Positions 18,228 to 27,289 of a stretch of DNA of 64,000 nt are shown here, one piece after another. Numbering within the stretch: position 1 is the stretch's first letter; each line of letters opens with the position of its first letter. Under the pieces are notes generated by a model. It did not search any database and was not told the origin of the DNA. It saw nothing but the letters and a program-made list of their open reading frames with translations. The stretch covers positions 32,779 through 96,778 of the forward strand of contig JBMFUT010000001.1 of NCBI GenBank assembly GCA_049966395.1, given 5' to 3'. The DNA is from Candidatus Micrarchaeia archaeon. Its GTDB lineage: Archaea > Micrarchaeota > Micrarchaeia > Micrarchaeales > CABMGC01. The position numbers and the translations under genes were made by a program.

Positions 18228-19526
18228 CTAAATTTTCGATAGGTCTACGCCCCTGGTTTCCTTCGAAAGCAGCGCCGATGCGAGTATGAATAGCTCTCCT
18301 ATTATTATGAAGAGCCCCCACCACGCGAAGAAGGTGCTGGCCGCAAAGCCTACCACGAGGAGCAAGATCGCCGTGCTCCAGTTGCCTATTATGAATCCTC
18401 CGTTGAAGCCTAATCCTACACCGCTGCTCCTTACAGACGTAGGAAACTTTTCGCTTAGGAACGACGGAATTACCCCGTATATGCCTGTGGTAATGAACGC
18501 CAGTACGCTAGCGAAAAGCAGCGCCCCGTAGAATCCGAGCGCGTGCGTCATTATTAGATAGGTCAGAGGCACTGCAAATATTATGCCGATTACAGAGTAG
18601 AGTATCATCATAGCCCTCCTGCCTATCATTTCGCTAACCCCTCCGGAAGTCATATACCCAAGCAGCGAGACTAGTATAGCTATTATCACTACATATATGT
18701 AGTCTGGGAAGCTCATGAAGCCGTGCACAGAAAGAACAGTAGGATAGAATCCCAAAGTGAGCCCATACACCCACGCTATGCCTGTCATCGCCAGTATGCC
18801 GGTCATTACACCGAAGGCATTCTTTCTGCTCTTGAAAAGCTCCGAAAGCGGAGCTCTTGCTATCTTTTTCCTCTTGTAAAGATCGGACCAAAGCGCAGAT
18901 TCTGGCATCATAACCCTTATTATCAATCCTATTACCACAGGGATTATGCCTATCCAGAACATCCATCTCCAGCCGCTAGCGGCAAAGCTCGCTCCGGGGA
19001 AAACAAAATGCAGTCCCAGGAAAAGCAGCGCTGCAAGTGTATATCCTACAGGATAGCCGCTTTGTATTGCGGCGCCCCATATCCCTCTTCTGTTGTTCTT
19101 TACCGATTCCATCAGTATGGCGGAGCTGTTGCCGTATTCCCCGCCGGCAAATACCCCTGTTATTATCCTGAACAGGAAAAGCAGTATTGGCGCAGCTATG
19201 CCTATGGCCGCGAAAGTCGGAAGAAAACCAGTAAAGAATATTATCAAGCCCAATCCAAGCAGCGTTATTACCATTGCCTTCTTTCTTCCTATCTTGTCTC
19301 CAACTCTTCCGAATATCGCGCCGCCCACAGGCCTGAATATGAAAGTTGTGGTGTAGATGCTCCACGTGCCTACAATCGCAAGCCCGAAGTTGGCTGGGAA
19401 AAAGATAGATGCAAGCACCGGCACAAGAAGAAACATCATGCTCAAATCGAAGGCATCCATTATCCATCCTGCCATTGCGCCAGGATATACTGACCACGGG
19501 TTGGTCTTCTTATAAGAGGAATCCAT
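18228..19526 (-). CDS. MFS transporter (metabolite/carboxylate:H+ symporter-like)
   Basis: GWIMDAFD, RPVGGAIFGRVGDKIGRK, GGEYG, EKFPTSVRSSG; about 12 TM segments. Confidence 0.92.
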   Translation of the reverse strand: MDSSYKKTNPWSVYPGAMAGWIMDAFDLSMMFLLVPVLASIFFPANFGLAIVGTWSIYTTTFIFRPVGGAIFGRVGDKIGRKKAMVITLLGLGLIIFFTGFLPTFAAIGIAAPILLFLFRIITGVFAGGEYGNSSAILMESVKNNRRGIWGAAIQSGYPVGYTLAALLFLGLHFVFPGASFAASGWRWMFWIGIIPVVIGLIIRVMMPESALWSDLYKRKKIARAPLSELFKSRKNAFGVMTGILAMTGIAWVYGLTLGFYPTVLSVHGFMSFPDYIYVVIIAILVSLLGYMTSGGVSEMIGRRAMMILYSVIGIIFAVPLTYLIMTHALGFYGALLFASVLAFITTGIYGVIPSFLSEKFPTSVRSSGVGLGFNGGFIIGNWSTAILLLVVGFAASTFFAWWGLFIIIGELFILASALLSKETRGVDLSKI

Positions 19527-19699
19527 CTCACCACTAAATGCTCTTCGAATGAAAGAAATAAAAATTTATCAGTAATACAATTGCCTGCGAATTTTCAATT
19601 CTTATTTCATGCAAAAATGGCAACTGCGCGCAAATGCTGGATTTGTGTAATACAAAATTTGCATAAAAGATAAATTAGTGCCTTTTCATCAATTTTGTA

Positions 19700-22402
19700 G
19701 TGGTAAAGATGGATGCCAAAGAAATAGAGAAAACAAAAGAGAGTCTGCGCTCAACGCTTTCGATAGGAGGCAAGCAGATAAGCTACTACTCGATAAAAAA
19801 ACTTGCCAGCGCAGGCCTTGGCGATGCAAGCCGCCTGCCTTTTTCACTAAAAGTAATCCTAGAATCGCTGATTAGAAATCTCGACGGTGTTACAATAACA
19901 GAAGAAGACCTGAAAAACGTAATCGAATGGGATCCAAAGAATCCAAAAGATGTCGACATACCATTCAAGGTTTCTAGGGTGCTTATGCAGGATTTTACCG
20001 GCGTTCCGGCAATTGTTGACTTGGCGGCAATGAGGGAATATGTTTCGAAGAAAGGCGCCAATGCCGAAATAGTGAAGCCGCAGATACCAACCGACCTGGT
20101 TATAGACCATTCTGTACAGGTGGACGCTTTCGATTCGCCAGATGCGCTTTACATAAACCAGCAGAAGGAGTCCGAGAGGAATTCCGAGCGATACAAGCTC
20201 CTGAAATGGGCGAGTCAGTCATTCGACAACTTCAGGGTTTTTCCACCGTCAGCAGGGATATGTCACCAGCTCAACATAGAGTACATAGCGACATGCGTGA
20301 CGATGAGGAAGAATGGAAATGTATACGAGGCGTTTCCAGACACGCTAGTAGGCACCGATTCCCACACAACAATGATAAATGCGCTTGGCGTTGTGGGTTT
20401 CGGAGTCGGCGGAATAGAAGCAGATGCAGCGCTGATGGGGGAGCCAATATCCATAGCAATGCCAAAGGTGCTCGGAGTGCGCCTTACCGGTAGGCTTCCA
20501 AGCGGAGCTACAGCTACGGACTTTGCCCTCAGCCTTACCCGCGTGCTAAGGGAAAAGGGCGTAGTCAACATGTTCGTGGAATTTTTTGGCGAGGGCCTTG
20601 CTTCGCTCTCGCTGCCTGACAGGGCTACTCTATCTAACATGTGCCCCGAATATGGCGCGACAGTCGCAATATTTCCGGTCGACGAAGAAACGCTGAGGTA
20701 CATGCGAATGACTGGAAGGAGCGCTGAGAGCGTGGACCTTGTGAGGGAATACTACAATGCGCAGGGGATGTTCGGCAGCAACGTAAATGCCGACTACAGC
20801 GATACTATCGAGGTCGATCTTTCGAAGATAGTTCCAAGCGTTTCTGGCCCATCGCAGCCAAAGCAGCAGATGCCCCTCGGCGCAATAAAAGAAGAATTCC
20901 TGAAATATCTGGCATCTGGCAGCAGCCAGGGTTCAGCATTGAAATCTGCAACTATAAGCTATCAGGACGGCGCAAAAGAGGTTCTTTCAGACGGCGACGT
21001 GGTAATATCATCGATAACGAGCTGCACAAACACAAGCAATCCATACGTGATGATAGCTGCTGGGCTGCTTGCCAAGAAGGCGGTTGAAAAGGGGCTTAGG
21101 GTCAACACGAGGAAAGTCAAAACAAGCATGGGCTTGGGCTCCAGGGTGGTTACGCGCTATTTGGAGAAGGCCGGTCTGCTAGAGCCTCTCGCAAAGTTAG
21201 GTTACAGCATTGTAGGGTACGGCTGCCTTACTTGCATAGGAAACAGCGGGCCCCTCATAGAGAAGCAGAGCGAAGCAATAAACAGCAACGGCCTGAGTGT
21301 GGCATCTGTTCTCTCTGGCAACAGGAATTTCGAGGGCAGGATACATGTAGACGTCAAGGCTAACTACCTGATGTCTCCTCCGCTTGTTGTCGCGTTCGGA
21401 ATAGCCGGCACAGTGTTGAAGGATCTTACAAAGGAACCTCTGGCAATTAATGCAAACGGCGAGGAAGTATACCTGAGCGACATATACCCCACAAAAGAAG
21501 AGGTAAATGAAGTTATAGAGCGCGTAGTCAGCGAAGACCTGTTTGCGGAAGAATACGGCAGCAACATATTCAAAGTCAACCCATACTGGAACAGCCTTTC
21601 AAGCCCCTCTGGAAAAATGTACGAATGGGATGACAACAGCACATACATAAGGCAACCTCCATTTTTCGGCAATCCTGTAAGCTCAGGCAGCATAGAGAAT
21701 GCAAGGGTGCTGGCGGTGTTCGGCGACTCAATATCGACAGACCACATCTCCCCAGCTGGAGAAATATCTCCTTCCAGCCCAGCCGGCAAGTACCTGTTGC
21801 AGCACGGAGTAAAGGAGGAGGATTTCAATACCTACGGATCGAGGAGAGGCAACCACGAGGTGATGATGAGGGGAACATTCGCCAATTCCAGGATAGTAAA
21901 CCTCATGCTCGGCGGCGAGATCGGCGGCCTCACAATACACTATCCATCTGGAGAAAAGATGACAATATTCGATGCCGCCATGAGATATAAAGACGAGGGC
22001 GTGCCACTTGTGGTAATAGCAGGAGCAGAATACGGCTCCGGCAGCTCAAGGGACTGGGCTGCAAAAGGCCCCATGCTCCTTGGAGTGAAAGCCGTGATAG
22101 CAAAAAGTTTCGAGAGAATACACCGCAGCAACCTTATCGGAATGGGCATAATTCCTCTTCAGTTTGCGCAAGGCGAAGATTTCAAAACGCTTGCCATCGA
22201 TTTATCCAAAACAATAACCATAGAAGTGCCTGAAGAGCTGTCCCCTAGGGCAACAGTAGCGATGAAATATTACAAGAAAGGGTCTAATGAAGAGTCAGTG
22301 GCATACCTAAAATGCAGGATAGACACGAACGCAGAGGTCGAGCATTACAAATCCGGCGGAATACTAAACTACGTAGCCAAAAAGATGCTCAGCGCAATCT
22401 AG
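19700..22402 (+). CDS. acnA: Aconitate hydratase A
   Basis: RVLMQDFTGVPA, VIDHSVQVD, GTDSHT, SCTNTSNP, GCLTCIGNSG, STDHISPAG, GSSRDWAAKG. Start is GTG 19700 or ATG 19709. Confidence 0.97.
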   Translation: MVKMDAKEIEKTKESLRSTLSIGGKQISYYSIKKLASAGLGDASRLPFSLKVILESLIRNLDGVTITEEDLKNVIEWDPKNPKDVDIPFKVSRVLMQDFTGVPAIVDLAAMREYVSKKGANAEIVKPQIPTDLVIDHSVQVDAFDSPDALYINQQKESERNSERYKLLKWASQSFDNFRVFPPSAGICHQLNIEYIATCVTMRKNGNVYEAFPDTLVGTDSHTTMINALGVVGFGVGGIEADAALMGEPISIAMPKVLGVRLTGRLPSGATATDFALSLTRVLREKGVVNMFVEFFGEGLASLSLPDRATLSNMCPEYGATVAIFPVDEETLRYMRMTGRSAESVDLVREYYNAQGMFGSNVNADYSDTIEVDLSKIVPSVSGPSQPKQQMPLGAIKEEFLKYLASGSSQGSALKSATISYQDGAKEVLSDGDVVISSITSCTNTSNPYVMIAAGLLAKKAVEKGLRVNTRKVKTSMGLGSRVVTRYLEKAGLLEPLAKLGYSIVGYGCLTCIGNSGPLIEKQSEAINSNGLSVASVLSGNRNFEGRIHVDVKANYLMSPPLVVAFGIAGTVLKDLTKEPLAINANGEEVYLSDIYPTKEEVNEVIERVVSEDLFAEEYGSNIFKVNPYWNSLSSPSGKMYEWDDNSTYIRQPPFFGNPVSSGSIENARVLAVFGDSISTDHISPAGEISPSSPAGKYLLQHGVKEEDFNTYGSRRGNHEVMMRGTFANSRIVNLMLGGEIGGLTIHYPSGEKMTIFDAAMRYKDEGVPLVVIAGAEYGSGSSRDWAAKGPMLLGVKAVIAKSFERIHRSNLIGMGIIPLQFAQGEDFKTLAIDLSKTITIEVPEELSPRATVAMKYYKKGSNEESVAYLKCRIDTNAEVEHYKSGGILNYVAKKMLSAI

Positions 22403-22406
22403 CCAT

Positions 22407-23594
22407 TCAGGTCCTGGATACTATAATGCCTATTACCTCGTCGGCAAATTCCCTAGTGCCCAAGGCTTCGCTGCCAAAATACCTTGCTATGTCTTTTGTC
22501 ACTTTCCTTTGCTCTATCGCCTTAGCTATTGCGCTTTCAATGATGTTGCTTGCTTCAGTCCACCCCATATATTCAAGCATCATCTCTCCTCCTCTTATCA
22601 AGCCCATGGGATTTGCCACGTTCAATCCTGCATACTTGTCCGCGGTTCCGTGAACAGCTTCAAAAACTCCGCCATTGTCGCCTACGTTTGCTCCTCCTAG
22701 GACGCCAATGTCTCCTATCAGCGCCCCAGCCGCATCCGATATGTAATCTCCATTGAGGTTAGGCGCAAGAATTACATCATAGCTCTCAGGCCTAGTTATT
22801 ATCTGCTGGAACATGTTGTCGGCTATCCTGTCGTTTATCAGTATTTTGCCTTCTGCTTTATCTGCACCTCCAGCGAGTTCTTCCTCTCTGATGAATTTTC
22901 CACTGTATTCGCGCTCAGCTACATCGTATGCCCACTCCCTGAAGGCGCCCTCAGTGTACTTCATTATGTTGCCCTTGTGCATTATGGTTACGGAACGCCT
23001 CTTGTTTTTTATGGCGTAATTGAAAGCAGCTCTTGCAATCCTCTCCGTTTTAGCCTTTCCAATTGTTTTTATTCCTATGCCGGCATCGTCGTCCACTCCT
23101 ATCTTGAATTGCTCCCTCAAAAATTCTCTAATCTCTCCGGCTTCCTTGCTGTCATAAGGCCACTCTATTCCAGTATAAAGATCGTCTGTGTTCTCCCTTA
23201 TTATCACCATGTCGACCTTCTCCGGGTTCTTGATGGGGCTTTCTAGGCCTTTTATGTATTTTACCGGGCGTATGTTAGCATATAGATCTAGCAGCAATCT
23301 CATTCGCACATTTATGGATTTGAAGCCCTTGCCAACCGGAGTCTCAAGCGGCCCCTTGAGCATAATGCGGTACTTCTTGAGCGCCTCCTCAGTCTCCTTA
23401 GGAAACCTGTCCCCGAATTCCTTTTCCGCGTCTCTTCCAGCCGGAACGCTCATCCACGAAATCTTCTTTCTGCCACCATATGCCTCCTCAACTGCGGCGT
23501 CTATTATCCTTACAGTTGCTTCAGTTATCTCAGGCCCTATGCCGTCTCCGTCTACCCTAAGGACTGTCGGTTTTGCTTCATCTTCGAATGTCAT
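22407..23594 (-). CDS. icd: Isocitrate dehydrogenase (NADP-type)
   Basis: GDGIGPEI, KGPLETPVGKG, RENTDDLY, HKGNIMKYTEG, NLNGDYISD, EAVHGTADKYAG. Confidence 0.96.
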   Translation of the reverse strand: MTFEDEAKPTVLRVDGDGIGPEITEATVRIIDAAVEEAYGGRKKISWMSVPAGRDAEKEFGDRFPKETEEALKKYRIMLKGPLETPVGKGFKSINVRMRLLLDLYANIRPVKYIKGLESPIKNPEKVDMVIIRENTDDLYTGIEWPYDSKEAGEIREFLREQFKIGVDDDAGIGIKTIGKAKTERIARAAFNYAIKNKRRSVTIMHKGNIMKYTEGAFREWAYDVAEREYSGKFIREEELAGGADKAEGKILINDRIADNMFQQIITRPESYDVILAPNLNGDYISDAAGALIGDIGVLGGANVGDNGGVFEAVHGTADKYAGLNVANPMGLIRGGEMMLEYMGWTEASNIIESAIAKAIEQRKVTKDIARYFGSEALGTREFADEVIGIIVSRT

Positions 23595-23867
23595 ACAATC
23601 GCCAGCTGCGAATTAAATGCATAAAAATAAACAGGCAGATATAAAAACATGATATCATATCTTGTTGACTTTTCCAACAAAAGAGAACTTGCACGTCCAA
23701 TTTGTTTAAATTCAAATTGCCCTCCGCGCTCATTTCAATCCCACTATTGAAATAATGGCTTTCTGCGAAGCATTCTGCAAAATGCGTGTTTGTATTCGGA
23801 TTTGGAATTTCGAAGGGCCATGGAAGGGTTATTATTTTTTTACTTCTATGTTAAATACGTTGGGGGC

Positions 23868-24818
23868 ATGGCAAAAGAAAAATCAATAAAGGAACTGGAG
23901 GACTTGCCTGGAATAGGCGCTGCTACAGCTGAAAAGCTGAAGGCTTCTGGTTACGACAGCATAGAGAAGATAGCTGTGGCTGCCCCGCACGAACTTGCAG
24001 AGATAGCCGACATGAGCGTAGATGCGGCAAAGAAGGCAATAGACGCGGCAAAGGAAGCCACTACTGTGAATTATGAAACAGCAGACCAGGTATACGATAC
24101 AAGGAAGGCGCTTGGCCGCATATCGACAGGCGCGAAATCCCTCGATGAACTTCTTGGAGGCGGCGTGGAATCTAACGGCATAACCGAGGTTTACGGGAAG
24201 TTCGCTTCCGGGAAGACCCAGCTTGGGTTTCAATTAAGCGTTAACGTGCAGAAGCCGCTGGGTAGCGGAGGCCTTGGCGGCGGCGTGCTGTTTGTAGATA
24301 CAGAAAGCACATTCAGGCCCGAAAGGATAGAAGCGATAGCCAAGGCACAGTCTATGAATTCAAAGGAAGTGCTCGACAACATTTTTGTCGTTAAGGCAAC
24401 CACAACAGAGCAGCAGATTCTGACAATAGAGCGCGCTGACAAGCTTGTCAAGGAGAAGAACATAAAGCTGATTGTGATAGACTCGCTCATAGCTCTTTTC
24501 AGGGCAGAGTTCATAGGAAGGGGTGCGCTAGGCGAAAGGCAGCAGAAGCTCAACATGCACATACACAAGCTTCTCAATCTTGCCGAGAAGAACAATCTTG
24601 CGGTTTATGTTACCAACCAGGTAATGGACAACCCAGCCATACTTTTTGGCGATCCAACTACGCCGGTTGGAGGCAACATAATAGCACACGCCGCAACGAC
24701 AAGGCTGTACATAAGAAAGGGCAAGGAGGACAAGCGCATAGTGAGACTGGTGGATTCGCCTAACATGCCCGAGGGCGAATGCGTGATAAAAATAACCCCA
24801 GAAGGCATAAAAGACTGA
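23868..24818 (+). CDS. radA: DNA repair and recombination protein RadA
   Basis: N-terminal HhH (LPGIG), GKFASGKTQ, DTESTFRPER, GRGALGERQQ, TNQV. Confidence 0.96.
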   Translation: MAKEKSIKELEDLPGIGAATAEKLKASGYDSIEKIAVAAPHELAEIADMSVDAAKKAIDAAKEATTVNYETADQVYDTRKALGRISTGAKSLDELLGGGVESNGITEVYGKFASGKTQLGFQLSVNVQKPLGSGGLGGGVLFVDTESTFRPERIEAIAKAQSMNSKEVLDNIFVVKATTTEQQILTIERADKLVKEKNIKLIVIDSLIALFRAEFIGRGALGERQQKLNMHIHKLLNLAEKNNLAVYVTNQVMDNPAILFGDPTTPVGGNIIAHAATTRLYIRKGKEDKRIVRLVDSPNMPEGECVIKITPEGIKD

Positions 24819-24822
24819 TGAC

Positions 24823-25593
24823 ATGCTTTTCCTAGTGGGCGTTGGCCTAGAAGAAGGAGACATCTCTTCAAGAGCGGCAATTGCACTGAAGGGCTGCTCA
24901 GAAATTATGCTTGACAGGTACACAAGTGTGATATCAGACAGCTACATATCATTTTTGGAAGGAATATCAGGAAAGCCAATTCAAATGCTAAAAAGGCAAG
25001 ACCTCGAAGAGAATGTATCAAAGACAGTAGGGCGCGCCAAGGAAAGCGACATAGCAATCCTCGTTCCAGGCGATCCCCTTGTTGCTACCACTCACCACCT
25101 CATAATAGACACCGCGCACTCGATGGGAGTAAAATGCAGGGTAATGCATTCCTCTTCCATATTTTCTGCGGCTATAGGAGAAAGCTGTCTGGACATATAC
25201 AAGTTTGGTCCGACTACCACAATACCCTTCTGGTATGAAAACTACAAGCCCACCTCTTTCGCTGACGTGATTCTTAAGAATCTTTCTAATGGCGAGCACA
25301 CGCTGGTTCTGGTAGACATCGACCCTTCTAAGGGCAAGACAATGGGTCTAGAAGAAGCGCTGTCCCTGCTTGGCAAGGCCTGGTCTAAAACGACAGAAAA
25401 GGATTTTGCCAATGAAAATATCATGGCCCTTGGGAACGTGGGCAAGGAAGGCCAAAAGATATACTACGGGACAGCTTCAGAAATTGCCGCCGCTGCAAAG
25501 GAATTCGAGGGCATGGCGATTTCAATAATAGTTCCTGCATCGCTCAGCTTCGCCGAGGAAGAAAGCCTTAAGAAATTTGAAATGCACAAATAG
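24823..25593 (+). CDS. dph5: Diphthine synthase
   Basis: MLFLVGVGL, YTS, GDPLVATTH, YKFG.TTTIPF, HTLVLVDI. Confidence 0.94.
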   Translation: MLFLVGVGLEEGDISSRAAIALKGCSEIMLDRYTSVISDSYISFLEGISGKPIQMLKRQDLEENVSKTVGRAKESDIAILVPGDPLVATTHHLIIDTAHSMGVKCRVMHSSSIFSAAIGESCLDIYKFGPTTTIPFWYENYKPTSFADVILKNLSNGEHTLVLVDIDPSKGKTMGLEEALSLLGKAWSKTTEKDFANENIMALGNVGKEGQKIYYGTASEIAAAAKEFEGMAISIIVPASLSFAEEESLKKFEMHK

Positions 25594-25608
25594 CAATAGG
25601 GTGTTTTA

Positions 25609-26139
25609 ACGAGGTGCACTCGCGGCGAATTTTTGGTGCTCATTGCGATGTCGGTGCTCGGCATAATCTCTTCTCTTCTTGTGATATACGAGCTTGACGT
25701 GGTGCACACTCTCCCTCCTTTCTGCATAGAAGGTAGTGCCTCCTCAGGCATAACTATAAACTGCGCCAAGGTCCTGCTGAGCCAGTACTCGCAGCTGCAC
25801 ATAGGCCCGCTGTCGATTTCCGTTGACATGCTCGCCGCAATATGGTTCATAATAAACATATTTCTTGTTGTGATGGTAACTTCAGGCAGCATAAAATACG
25901 CACGGCCGCTTTTCAACGTATTATTCATGTGGAGATTTTTCGGCCTGATTGTCGTGCCATACATGGTTTATCTAGAACTTTTTGTGGTTAAGTCGATATG
26001 TATATACTGCACTGTAATGCACGTCGCGATAATAATAGACTTCATAATAATAACATATCTTCTGTTTTCAAAAACATCAAAGATACGCGCATGCATAATC
26101 CAGGATGCTCCAAACGCCAAGGCAACAAACTATAAATAA
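25609..26139 (+). CDS. Vitamin K epoxide reductase (VKOR) family protein; start is ACG 25609 or TTG 25633
   Basis: C-x(10)-C loop (FCIEG...INCAKVLLSQYS), CIYC redox motif, 4-5 TM segments. Confidence 0.88.
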   Translation, partial: TRCTRGEFLVLIAMSVLGIISSLLVIYELDVVHTLPPFCIEGSASSGITINCAKVLLSQYSQLHIGPLSISVDMLAAIWFIINIFLVVMVTSGSIKYARPLFNVLFMWRFFGLIVVPYMVYLELFVVKSICIYCTVMHVAIIIDFIIITYLLFSKTSKIRACIIQDAPNAKATNYK

Positions 26140-26184
26140 TTGTCTAACAGATATATCAACAAGGCAACCACAAGGGGAGATCCC

Positions 26185-26598
26185 ATGAAAATATTGAACC
26201 TTTTCGGGAAGAAGGAAGTGAGCGACGAAATAACAAAGCGAATGCCCTACTTGATAGTTACAGAATTCGTTCCGTACAAGCTTCACGCCAACAGGAGAAG
26301 CAGCGCGACATTGCTGCTTAAGCTGAAAAATCTATCCTCAGAACCTCTCCTCACTTCTGCGGTAATAGAAGTGCCAAAGCAGATAAGCTTTGACGAGACT
26401 GGAATTACCAAAACTAAAGAAGTAAGGCTCGGCGAACTGGCCCCCAACGAGGAGGCGCTTTCCAAAGTCGACATATTCAGCGATGCAGGAACAGATGCGG
26501 GCGAATACACTGTGACTGTGACTGCGATGGCGCACTACAGGGACTATGGGCATGTGATAAACGGAATGAGAAAGAGGACTACAATATCCGCGGTATAG
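26185..26598 (+). CDS. Hypothetical Ig-like beta-sandwich protein
   Basis: RBS GGGGAG before ATG; beta-rich, with LKN...GELAPNE...GEYTVTVTA pattern. Confidence 0.7.
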   Translation: MKILNLFGKKEVSDEITKRMPYLIVTEFVPYKLHANRRSSATLLLKLKNLSSEPLLTSAVIEVPKQISFDETGITKTKEVRLGELAPNEEALSKVDIFSDAGTDAGEYTVTVTAMAHYRDYGHVINGMRKRTTISAV

Positions 26599-26910
26599 CT
26601 ACTGCGACGGAACATCTGCGCTTTTCTGTGCAAGAATGTTTACTACATTGGCAATTTCATTGGCTACAGCGTCGCCTTTTTCGGTAAGTTTAACAACCTT
26701 GATTTTTCCGTGTTTCTCGTAAGAGACTATTCCCTGCTGTTCGCAAGCCTTTATGAAATTGCTAGTGTGCACATAAGTCACATTTGCCACTTTTGCAAGG
26801 TCCGCAATGTGCCACTCCTGGTTCTTGTCCTTTAGTGCAATGATTATCTTAGCCTGCTTTCCCTTGAGAATAAGGCCGCCTCCAACCTCTTCTGCGCCGC
26901 CTTCTTTCAT
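26599..26910 (-). CDS. Winged-helix (MarR-like) transcriptional regulator
   Basis: IADLAKVANVTYVHTSNFIK...GIV...KHGKIKVVKLTEKG. Confidence 0.85.
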   Translation of the reverse strand: MKEGGAEEVGGGLILKGKQAKIIIALKDKNQEWHIADLAKVANVTYVHTSNFIKACEQQGIVSYEKHGKIKVVKLTEKGDAVANEIANVVNILAQKSADVPSQ

Positions 26911-26940
26911 TCAAACCACTGGCATGACTGTATAATGCAA

Positions 26941-26970
26941 GTAAAAGTTTACTGTAAACATATATAAATA
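26941..26970. promoter_or_regulatory. Palindromic operator candidate GTTTAC-T-GTAAAC beside a TATA box in a divergent promoter
   Basis: Perfect 13-bp palindrome at 26947-26959, overlapping GTAAA-AG-TTTAC at 26941-26952, with TATATAAATA at 26961-26970. Confidence 0.5.
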
Positions 26971-27021
26971 TAAAGCGTGCATACTAATAATAAGAGAATC
27001 TAAATTGTAGATGGTGGCAAC

Positions 27022-27273
27022 ATGGTGAAATATATACCTGCAGAGCAGCTTGTTGGGAAGGAGGTCATAACTAGCGACGGCTATGATCTTGGCAAGTTTA
27101 TCGATGCTGACATAAATGAAGTCAGCGGAAAGCTGACAGCATTGATACTCGAGCCAAACGTTGACAGCGCATTCGTGAACAAACTGGACGTGAAGGACGG
27201 GAAACTGAAGTTGTCTTATTCTGCGGTAATGGCTGTGAACGACTATATTGTGGTTGACAGGAAATCGATGTAA
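27022..27273 (+). CDS. PRC-barrel domain protein
   Basis: LVGKEVITSDGYDLGKFIDADINEVSGKL...V.AVNDYIVV. Confidence 0.9.
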   Translation: MVKYIPAEQLVGKEVITSDGYDLGKFIDADINEVSGKLTALILEPNVDSAFVNKLDVKDGKLKLSYSAVMAVNDYIVVDRKSM

Positions 27274-27289
27274 AATGTCGGTGATTTAA

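Noticed and set aside
23732..23753. ATTTCAATCCCACTATTGAAAT resembles the ends of a CRISPR repeat
   Set aside because: Single copy, no spacers or periodicity, and no cas genes in the window.
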